The position numbers and the translations under genes were made by a program. From the NCBI GenBank assembly GCA_002633005.1, contig NMRA01000052.1, forward strand, positions 398,613 to 462,612: a stretch of 64,000 bases of DNA, in the 5' to 3' direction. The notes under the pieces are model-generated. The model was given only the letters and a program-made list of their open reading frames with translations, made no database searches and was not told the DNA's origin. This stretch comes from Phoronis australis. Taxonomy: Eukaryota; Animalia; Phoronida. Of this stretch, positions 39,357 to 49,743 are shown one piece after another. Every line of letters begins with the position of its first letter. The stretch's first letter is position 1.

Positions 39357-41861
39357 CTGCTGTCGCGATAGATTGTCTTGTGACGCGTGATTGGTTTTCA
39401 CGCCAAGGTCGTGTGAGCAACTTACCAAGCGCGGCTGCAATCATTGCAAGATGCTCGCGTAGAAAGAATGAGCTATTCGTCATATTTTAGGCGTTATAGG
39501 CCTACACTGTCTGAAATTGTGATAATGATTTTTAAGTTGGCTTCATTGGGACTTTTTATAGTAATCCTCCATTTTTCAGAAAAGATAAAAAGTTTGGACG
39601 TCTGTGTCTTCTTCGTAACTCTAACTTAACCTTAGCAAGTTGTAGATTTGTTCTGCATGTAAAAGGTCTTCCAGNAAGGCTTCACAACCATCAAAACCGA
39701 ATTGACCTAGCAAAAATACACTTATCATCTGTAGTAGGTGAATAAATTTCTTTTGTATTGATATTCGATTTTTAAAAGCTCCATGTCGATCTACTTACCT
39801 TCCAGAAAACGAAAATCAGTCACCTTAGCTAAATAGCCTGATACTGAGGTATTGTTACTTTCGAATTTAAGAGGGTTGCAAAGAATTCATAAAACATTTT
39901 TTTGTTATTTTTATTGTATTGCATATAATGAATTATTTAAAGGGTCCTATAAGCAGAAGACAAGTATGCAGTCTGTGTTATATTATCAGTACTGCCAGTG
40001 CGCATTTACTGCAAACTACCTCCAGCGCCGTACACACATCTCTACGGAGAGTGCCGGGTAAATACTATGTGTTGTAACTGAAAGAAACCGTAGAAGGGTG
40101 CTGCGACGCCCATGATGGTAATAAAAAGATATTCTGTCAAAATCATCTTTTATGGTATAAAAAATATCGCAAAAAAAACTTCCATGGGCTACAAAATCTG
40201 GAGAAATGCCATCACCTACTAATTGAATGTTGTAACAGATGTTTTGTCTTCGCGGAAACTTCGGTTATAGTTCCGTCTATTTCGTAAGCAGAAAACCACA
40301 CATAACGTCACAAGTCACTATATTGAGGTCGGGCAAGTTGGGAAATTCCACTTTGTTGTGGTCATGGTTTAAACGGGTGTAGTTCCAAGCTCCGGCCTTA
40401 GCTCAGGCTAGGAACCTGAGTACTGGTTCCTACGCTCAGGGTACACTGTCTTTGGTGCCGTTTCAAAATCCATTGTCGAAACACGGATCCCGAGTTTCTG
40501 GTAACCGAATTCCTCCAGCGGAGGGTAACTGATATGGAACTGCCTGAATTTCACCAACCTAAGTCAAAATCCAACGAAACCATGTTTTACATTGGAAAAT
40601 TGCACCCCATGCACATTAGGGGTCCAATGACAGAGATTTCTGCTTCAGTTGCCACTAAATTCAATGAAGCATCACCCAGACACGATTCGCTTCTTTTTCT
40701 CAAAATTGTCTTTGAATAATAAACAATATACCAAAAGAGTATAGTCTTCACAAGCTGGGCCGTCGTCACATGGAACAACCGACTAGAGGCTCTCTTAGCG
40801 CCGTGCTTTTTCGGTTCACTGCGAGTTGAGTTGCCGCTAGATTTTTTTTTTAAATCCTTAATTCACTGTATGGAACTTGATTCCCGAAGACATGCGCGCT
40901 AATAGCTGACGGGCAACCGGGGGAATATTGAACGGGTCATCCAAGGGGATTTCGGAGCTCTCACTCAGAAAGTTTCAGATATTACGTTCGGATTCAAAAA
41001 ATCGTGATTTCTTGTCCCAGTGGTAACCTGTTGCGTTTTCAAAAGAAATGTATTATTGTAATTCTTTGAAAAAATATCAATAATTAGATTGTCATAAACT
41101 CATCTAGAAAATTGCCCGTTTGTAAAATTCACGAATAATAAACACATCCGTCATTGGTGGTCTCGGCGGTGGCTGCCTCCAACGCCGGGGCCCCTGCCGA
41201 CCCGGCGTACCTTGCTGCCGGGGAGGGGCTACTAAATATGAAAGGATGTAATTTCAAAAACAAGAAACGAACAACAAACGGGCGGAGCTTGTGATAATCA
41301 GGGTCCTCTCTCTCCGCCGGTCAGTTATGAACAATGGAAAAATACACATGGTTCCTTTATTCTTTCCAGTTGTCAATGAAGCAAGGCATGTCATTTACTC
41401 CACTGATTCTAGCAGTTAAAATTACAAATCTGAAGCCGCGCTGGAAATTAAATCTTAGCATTATAAGTTTTCACATGAGCCACAACAATCGAAACTCTTT
41501 GAAGGTACTGATCATAGACATCTTAATACTATTATTGTAAATGTGATGTCTAAGGTACTGATCCTGTTCACTTCAAGTCTCACTGCTTGATCAGTTTGAT
41601 ATTTCTATACCACACCACTAGAGGCCACTTCCCAGTACACGTCAGTCGCCGTCAAAATCATAACAAACTTAACGCAGGTGGGTATTTTTGCGATTTCGAC
41701 TGATAACTATTCTTTATTAGTTGAAGTAGTTAATAAGGGTGTTTTTATGAACTGGTCGGGTATAGCGGTCCCTGATTTATAGAGCCAGGCAATCACTGAA
41801 TAACGGGCCCGTTACTTCGTGGATGAAGGGAAGGTGGTTCTCTAGTCTCTACACCACACTC

Positions 41862-42427
41862 CACAGGCGTCCTCAGCTTCTGATCGTCCCCAATACACAA
41901 AATATAATACTACAAGGTATGACACTCCCGACTAGAAATTCCACGGGTGCTTCACTTCAGCTGTCCATAGCAAATATAAAACTCAATAAATTTACACAAA
42001 ACAGAGGTTCAACAAACCATGAAGAAATTCGCAGTCAAAGAACAAAAATGTTCACAAAAAGCCCCCACACACTTTCATCGTGGGCCGCTCGAGGTCAAGG
42101 ACGGTACGGAAATTGCCGGTTTGTCGATAACTCTGCACTTAGCCGCCAGTAGAAAACTATTGAGTACTTCCGTAACTCACCGGCAATTTCCGTACAATTC
42201 GTGCAATTTCTTACGAAGTCGCCGGAACTGGACACCGTGAATGGTATTAGGAGAAAGAACAATTCTTCATGGTTTGTTGAACCTCTGTTTTGTGTAAATT
42301 TATTGAGTTTTATATTTTCTATGGACGGCTGAAGTGAAGCACCCGTGGAATTTCTAGTCAGGAGTGTCATACCTTGTAGTATTATATTTTGTGTATTGGG
42401 GACGATCAGAAGCTGAGGACGCCTGTG
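41862..42427. mobile_element. Foldback MITE with 165-bp near-perfect TIRs (CAC...GTG termini, CACTA/Chapaev-like)
   Basis: 41862-42026 is the reverse complement of 42263-42427 with few mismatches. Flanked by CTC on both sides. A second internal inverted pair GTACGGAAATTGCCGGT lies at about 42104-42195. Confidence 0.9.
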
Positions 42428-44006
42428 CTCTACACTAGCCAGGAACCGCTGGCGCTACATCTGACCAGTGCCGGTTTTTATTTGTGTGTGAAACCAAAAG
42501 CTGTGAAGTAGTGAATGTATATTGAAGAAATCAAATTTATGAATAATTATGAAGAGGCGAAAGGTGTCCCAGGTGGCAGGGTAAGACATGTTAGACTAAA
42601 TTGTAAGAGTAAATGTCGTTATACACTTAAAGAATAAAGTAGCTGCCAGCTAGCTGTATAAAGACTCGTCAAAATAAAGCCAGGTACAACTGTGTGTATT
42701 TCCTCCGTAGACCCCGAAATTGCACACAGCCAGGGTAGTTTCTTTGTCATCTCGCCGTGAAACTTGTATAAACATGTAAAGCTAAAGACCGGACGGGTTT
42801 CATGCAAAATTTGAGAATTGAACGACACTCACGTTGCCCGTTACAGCCGTTTAAGTGCAAAACAATGCAATAAACATCATTTTCTTGCGTAACTCTCGGC
42901 CTTTTGTAACAATGAAAAGTATGTCATCGTTTTGAAAACGCTCGTGTCACGCGCACACGCCATTTCCTAAATTTTGCGACATCTCTTGGGAGATGATGAT
43001 AGCTTGGCAGCATCAAAATTTCTTCTGAAATTCGGTTTTTCTGTATCAAAATTCTAAAAACTTACAATGAAGTGAAACCTGTTCCGGTAATTTGTTGTGA
43101 TGGGTACGCAATCTCGTGAAAGAACAACAGTTGATTGAAGAATCAGCGAAAAAAGAAACTGGCCAATACGTGACACAATATTTCATGGCGCCAAAAGCTG
43201 TCGCTAAAGATCGCTCCACAACTTCAGCAGCCGAATAACCGTAGAACGCCATTTTTCCAACACCGTTAAATAATTTGATTTAGTTAAGGAAAACTGTAGT
43301 TTTTAATGATGTCCACTAATTTTGTGTCAGATTTTATCTTACCACTTTTTTACCCACATCGGTGCAAAGAAAAATACTAATTGACGATGGATTTGCTCAT
43401 TTAATGAAAGTTCTTGACTTATATGGTAGTAACCAATCCAGCAACATCTTCCAACACTCGGTGCTTGCTGTGTTGTTTACCGGCAATGCTCGTAGACAGG
43501 ACAGATTGTTTATGAGAGTTCCGCACCATCATTCCTGCATAGACTCCTAAGCACCTCACTATCGACACCGATTGTCTAGTAGGCCTCTCATGGGGGTTAT
43601 TTGATTAGCCACCTGAGACAATACCAGTCATACCACTAATACCACAAACTCAAAATACTCGGTAGAGGTGATATCTAAAAGACTGATCGTGTCCACCCAA
43701 CTTGACAACATGCTTTACAGACCCCTTCTATGTGAAAGTTTCCCTTGCATTTGACTTTATTTGTTTGGTTGCTACGCATAAGAACTCTTTCTGTCATTGG
43801 CTTCTAAACTCTTTAACAAAGCTGGGATTTTTTTTTATTTATCTGAAGCCAATCCATTGTGGCATTTAAATTGGTCATCACCATAAGGATTGTCATAGTT
43901 CAACGTTTTTGTTGAAGGCGTTCTTAGAAGTGATTGTGACAGTTATTGTGGTCTTTCAATCAGACACGTCTTTGACAGATTCTAACATTCTGTTATCAGG
44001 TAAACC

Positions 44007-44119
44007 ATGTCTGGGTTTGGCCAAGATGGTGGCTTCTACAGTGCAAACTATGAGGACCCAAATCAGGGATATGACATGAGTGGAGGTCAGTATGGACAAG
44101 ACCCTTATATGCAGGACCA
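44007..44119 (+). CDS. YIPF5: YIPF5/YIPF7 (Yip1-domain ER-Golgi trafficking protein), first coding exon
   Basis: ttatcag acceptor, accATG, donor GTAAGT in phase 2. Translates MSGFGQDGGFYSANYEDPNQGYDMSGGQYGQDPYMQD(Q), resembling the MSGF...FY...Y N-terminus of vertebrate YIPF5. Confidence 0.88.
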
Positions 44120-44150
44120 GTAAGTATTAGCTTTGCCGTAGCATTAAGTA

Positions 44151-44328
44151 CAGCACACGCCAAAAATAATGGGACAAAACAGTTTCCCTGTCATGACGGT
44201 GCACTCTAACTACTTTGAGGGAGATTTCCATTTATTTTCAGCTTCTATGATAGGGAATTTCACACACGCTCAACTGTCATCGTGGGGAATTCCGGGTCAT
44301 TTTGTCTGATTATTTTTGGCATATGCTG
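44151..44328. mobile_element. Tc1-like MITE in a YIPF5 intron
   Basis: ta|CAGCACACGCCAAAAATAATGGGACAAAA ... TTTTGTCTGATTATTTTTGGCATATGCTG|tg imperfect TIRs. Confidence 0.62.
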
Positions 44329-45488
44329 TGGATTAGTTTTGCCTGTTATGTTCATCACAGTATTTAAACCCTACCGTAAATGGTAACATCCGCCAATTTG
44401 GTTTCTGCTGTGTGTCATTCTGAACACACCAATGCCATACATTGCCAAATGTAATGAAGGGTTAAGCAAATTCTGTAGGGTTTTATTAACAACTTTGGAG
44501 GGTTGAGGAGGGTCACGGGATTATAACATTTTACCTGTCTAATGGTAGTTGATATCCTGGAACATGGTGTAGTGTACTTTTTAGTGTAAAAGTGTACTTT
44601 AAAGTGAAAAAAGTACAGTTATTTCCATATGAATGCATTTTATTGCTCAATAATATGGATTTCTTGTCATAAAAGAACCAAACGTTGCTAAATAGTAGAA
44701 ATAATCAAGCAGGCTCAATGTGCCTTCGTAAAATAACAGTAAAAACCAGAGGACGTGTGAAACATCAAAATGGTAGCATGCTCTTCAGTTATGCACCTAC
44801 ACACTCTGCTTGTAGTGATAAGATAAGTGGCTCCCTCTGGCAATTTCAGCCATGAACGCTGGTAGGTCGCAGTAGACATCTCCCAGTCGCAGAATTACCC
44901 CTTTTTCTTTGTGTATTTTATCTGTGCAACTTACTCTTAAACTTGGAGAATCATTACATGAAACTTTGTCCGAGAGATGCGAAAAAGGCGACGTGTGTAT
45001 GTCTAATTTGTGAGAGGTTTACCGTTTTTCTTGTTGATGTTATTTAACTTGACCTGAAAAATAAGCTAAGTTTGTTTTACACCAGCAAAGTACAAATTGA
45101 TTATCCCATGGAACTTTGGGCTCTGTTGATTATCCATCGACTTCTTAGTTCCTACAAATTGATGAGTGTCTTTCAGTCTTCTAAGTCGTTGATTCACCAG
45201 AAGAATAGAGGACACCACGTGATGGTGAATCGCAGGCAGCAGATATGTCAGACAGTCTCTGACAAATTATTAGTGTTTGGGAAAATCTCATGGCTGTTAT
45301 TCACTAGGACAATATAGGGCACGTAGTGGTGGGTGACAAAAGTGGTTCTTTCTTATCACGGAGGACCTGGAAATTTATAAAAATTGTCTTCAATCAGTTG
45401 CAGTCAGTGGTATTTTAACTTGGTCTCTTCCTGAAGCACGTCTATGGTAAGGGATGCATCACCTTCAAACATGTTTGTTTTCTTGCAG

Positions 45489-45637
45489 ACAGTTTGGCCA
45501 GTTTGACTACTCCTCTCAACAGGGTTACAGTAGCCCTCCACAGGGGTACAGTGGATCCATCATGACACCAGACATGTCACAGATGGCCTACGAAGGCCAG
45601 GCAGACAGTTTTGAAGATGAACCTCCACTTATGGAAG
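45489..45637 (+). CDS. YIPF5: YIPF5 coding exon 2
   Basis: ttgcag acceptor and GTCAGC donor; 149 nt, phase 2/1. Translates QFGQFDYSSQQGYSSPPQGYSGSIMTPDMSQMAYEGQADSFEDEPPLME, containing the Yip1 FEDEPPL.E motif. Confidence 0.93.
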
Positions 45638-46497
45638 GTCAGCTGTAGGGCTGGGTGGGGTTGTGCATGTAGCGAAATTGTATTGTGTAGGGATGGTTAG
45701 GTATAGTGGCACGGGTTGAAATCCCCACCGTAGTGATGGATCTACATGGGGTGGGGTACAGCGTTGGCTATTCGGACCTTCCTCAGGTGATGCGCTAAAA
45801 ATGGTGTCGGCACAAAATGGCACTGTCAGCCTCCGGTGTATACTGCAATTTTTTAATGATGCATTTCTCTTGGCTGTGAATACAAAAGTGGAATTAGACC
45901 TTTTACCCTCATAAATATGTCTCGTAATACTCCTGAGATGATGGGATTCTATTTCCATTGCCAATAAGAGCATTGATGTCATCAAGAAGTCACTTCAGAC
46001 TTTAATGGGGGTTTGTCAACCTTAAAATTGGGTATTCAAAGACATAACACATGTATGCACTGCCTATGACTTGAGATGATAACGAAAATGGAATCCTATC
46101 GTGGTAAAGAATGTTAGGAGACCAATTTTATTTTTGTTTTTAAGCCAGCTAAACTGGGCGAAATGCAACTTCAACTTCAACTGCACATTGATTTTGTTGT
46201 ATGTAGAATTAAGTTAGATTACTAGTTTGATTATGCGTATTATGTAATTTAAGGGGATTGGGATTGGGAAATGTCTCCGTTACTTTTGCAATGGAATACA
46301 TCAAGAAATGAGTGGGTTAGAACGTTACGCTTTCTGTTGTCGGTTCTTGTGTTTCTCACATTCGATGCACCATCAGGTTCAGTTTGCATAGTGTTTGAGT
46401 AATGAGTCACTGCTTGTTTTAAAATAATAAGAATTGAAATTGTTAAGTATGCTTTTAGAAATGCATTTGTTACAAATTTGATAAATTTTAATTTCAG

Positions 46498-46532
46498 AAC
46501 TTGGAATCAACTTTGACCACATTATGCAAAAA
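46498..46532 (+). CDS. YIPF5: YIPF5 coding exon 3 (35-nt mini-exon); later exons not found in the window
   Basis: tttcag acceptor and GTGAGT donor, phase 1/0. Translates (E)LGINFDHIMQK, completing EPPL.EELGINFDHI.QK. Confidence 0.93.
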
Positions 46533-46862
46533 GTGAGTATTTTTGTATAGTCTTTTCAGTTCAATTTGTACGCATCCTTCAACTATTTTCCATTTTGGAA
46601 AATACTATATTGAGGTGCATGTCTGGTTACCCATCTAGAGCTGAGGAAATTGCTTTTGGTTTATATTTTAGTTTGTGAGAGCACCTCTAGGAGGCAGCTA
46701 AGTCTCAGTGGATAAATGAGTGGGCATCATTCTTATGTGGGACTTGGTTGTTCATTAAATTCTGTGTATTACTACAATGTGGATTCGCTCTGTGGTTTGT
46801 TGAGTGACTAATAGGTGGCAGCACATGCCAAGGAGCTGATCACCTTGACTTGAGGTTATTTC

Positions 46863-47355
46863 CAGGGCTTGGAATTTTCCGCGGAAACGCGGATTTCCGT
46901 TTTTTTTCAAATGTTCTTTCCACGTATTTTATGATATTTCCGCGTAAAAAAATCGGATATGATATAAAATTTCTGCGGCAAATTCCTTTCTTATCGCGGC
47001 ATTGCCGACGACGTTCACCTCGAAAAGCGGAAGTTGCTCTTTATGTTTCGGAGGAACGTAAATTGTCAACATTGCCGGGGCATCTGGGATAGCGTGGTGG
47101 GATTTTCAATGGCGTCTCGTGTGATTGTAAACCGCGGTGACAAATACAACGGCTCTGCAGCCAAAAATGTGTGGGAATGGGAGTGGAGGAGTGGATGGAC
47201 GCACGCTACTGATGGTGGTAACGTTTTTTTTTTTTTTTAGTCCAACCGAATTTTGTCAGCAAAAGGTTCACATCGGCTATTTCAAGGCCGGGTAGCGCGC
47301 ATGTTTTGGGCCGTAAAAGTTTCCGCGTTTTTGTCATTGGTCATTCCAAGCCCTG
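46863..47355. mobile_element. Non-autonomous DNA transposon (MITE), hAT-like, copy 2 (opposite orientation)
   Basis: Same 13-bp TIRs; flanks TATTTC / TATTTA. Internal sequence aligns by eye to the reverse complement of 1284-1783. Confidence 0.88.
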
Positions 47356-47362
47356 TATTTAG

Positions 47363-47560
47363 TACCCTAGAAAAGGACCAAATCTAGCTAACTTCGGAAC
47401 ATCGTATCTCAGAGACTATGGTTGATCAGAATTGTATGAAGCTTTCAGGTGCTAGGCATTATACTGTTCTCGGAAAAGCTGTTAGGAATTGTCTTTCAAA
47501 GCTCCCACATGAGGGCTATCAAAAATAGATTAGTTTTGTGAATTTTAATGAAAAAAATCT
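47363..47560 (+). repeat. Diverged interspersed repeat, copy 1
   Basis: accctagaaaaggaccaaatctagctaacttcggaacatcgtatctcaga... aligns with the sequence from 52041. Confidence 0.65.
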
Positions 47561-48631
47561 CAAGTTGCAAAAAACGAAAACGAAGTAATAATTCAGAAAA
47601 CTGTAACACCGTTTTTGACATTTTGTTATGATATTGATACCATTGTTCTGCTGTGAATTTACGTTTCTTTTTTGCTAAACATTACTAAAAACACATGGTC
47701 ACATGACCTGATTCATGGCAGATTGGTTTAAAGTCCTAAAGCAAATTCTACTAATCGTTCTTTCAAAAAGTAAACGCTTTCACTGTGTTATAAGCTATAG
47801 TTTTGAAAATATTTGTCTACATATGCAGGCATTTCCATAAGGTCGTACGTAACCTGAAGTTGTTGACTGGAATATTCTAATGTAATAAGACTGCAGTCTG
47901 CAGTCAAGAAAAAACAAAAACACCGCCACCAAGCGACTTACGCCTTTAGCGGTTGAGTCTGCTCCTAGGGATTTCTTATTAATAACTGATTCATTGCTGT
48001 TTTCATTGGTGACGACTGGAGATAACAGGGTTCAAAATCAAGGACAAAGACCCGCTTGTCAATGATTTCTCATCCACCGTGTTCACTATATGGCTATTGG
48101 ACTGTTGTCAGTCGAAGAACTTGTGTTAAACCAACTATCGCAAATATTTATTAGTCTGGTCAGCACGCCACCTGTTGGCAGCATAAACTTAAGTAGCTTT
48201 AATCTTATGATTTTAGTACAGAAACTGACAAAAAACTATTGCGACACCTACGCCATTACAGTGAAAGAGGACTAGGCAAAATGTGCTTGACGAAGTTGCT
48301 TAAAAACTGAAAGAACGTTGAGTTAGTAAATGAAGGAGTGAACAAGTGGTATGTTAACGTAATTATAGCAATGCTCGGAGTTTGTTCATGTTAGTTTGTA
48401 ATTCAGCACAACAGAAGTTTGAAGGCGTATTCCATTTTTAATCATTTCCATTCAATGTTCTTGTATTTCCAAACAATGCAGGATAGTACCTTCACAAGTG
48501 ATGCGTCGTGGCAAATTTTTTTGTGTGTAAATGTATGCAATTCATGTTTTCTTTTGTTCTACAGTACTCAAAACAAAAACATGTCAGTCGAATATTATTT
48601 CACAATCAATAATGTCATGACAAAATACGGC

Positions 48632-48790
48632 CAGTAAAATCTCATAAGTCGGACACCCGTAAGCTGGATGTTTGCTTAATTCGGACGAAGGTTCTAGTTT
48701 GTGAACTCGGTCCTTCAGATAAGTTGGATTCCACCTTACTTGGATAAAATCTCGAACTGATTAGATCCAACTTACGCACCTTTTACAGTA
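48632..48790. mobile_element. Degenerate Tigger/pogo-like MITE
   Basis: CAGTAAAATCTCATAAGTCGGA ... TCCAACTTACGCACCTTTTACAGTA imperfect TIRs with internal AAGT.GGA repeats. Confidence 0.45.
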
Positions 48791-49743
48791 TAATACTGTG
48801 TAGTATCTGGCATGCAAACACAATGTAGATTAGAATAACAATCTTAAAGGAGTAAACTGTGTCTTATGTTAGAAACGCAGAAATATGCAACCTGCAATAT
48901 CTTTTGGTTCAATGCTTTCTGTCGCATATTTTCCAGACGCATAAATAGCTAGAGGTAATAAATAAACAAAAAGTATTCTCACTTTTCAAATCATCGATTG
49001 TCCACCAATCTCTTCCAATTCAGCTTCGTTCCATCAGTTGATGAAATTGACTGTTATCTTTTATGGTACCACATTGCCATTAAGGTATGTTAAGTGGACC
49101 AAATCTACAGTATCCTGAGCTGAGTATCCTAAAGCTACTGTTCTATAAGCCACTCTAACCCCTCTCTCTCTCTCTTAGTGTTCCTTCACATAGCTGCTTG
49201 ATAGATTCTCTTATGCTTTTGAACCATCTATTCCTGCATTACATCACCGGCTACATGAGATAACGCTGAATTTCTTATCGAGGTCAAGGCATATAAATGT
49301 TTTTCATCCCTGATGCCAATTGAACTGTCCCTTAATAAGACATTATCGGCAAACAAAATGATTTTCTGAGTTATGGAGTTGACCTCACAGCCTCAATGTT
49401 TATTGTCCAACACTCTGTAGGTGGAGGTGAACCCCACTTGATAAATGGTGAAGTATTTAGTATTCAACTGGTTAACTAACTGACATTGATTTTAGCGAAT
49501 GGCTGCATGGCAGACAACCGTGAGAATTAGCGATTTATTATAAAATCGCAAAACACATCGTTCTGGTCAAAGCTAATAACTTCAAGCAGTCTATCCCATC
49601 AACCCCAAAATGCATTTATCTCTCGTAAAACCTATAATGTCCTTTTAAGATTTTTCCACCTAAATTACGCTCAATCTATGCTTTGGTGTCTTCTCCTAAC
49701 ATCTAGTTCCACCTTTCATTGTTACTGCCCTGATAAAACATTT

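Noticed and set aside
38804-39490. 228-aa ORF and overlapping ORFs
   Set aside because: The frames stay open because of the (TACA)n microsatellite and an adjacent GC-rich repeat; the translation is low-complexity (YIHT repeats).
41823-42370. Similar ORFs on opposite strands
   Set aside because: A by-product of the 165-bp inverted arms.
45690-45745. tRNA-like B-box (GGTTGAAATCC)
   Set aside because: No cloverleaf could be built; at most a decayed SINE head.
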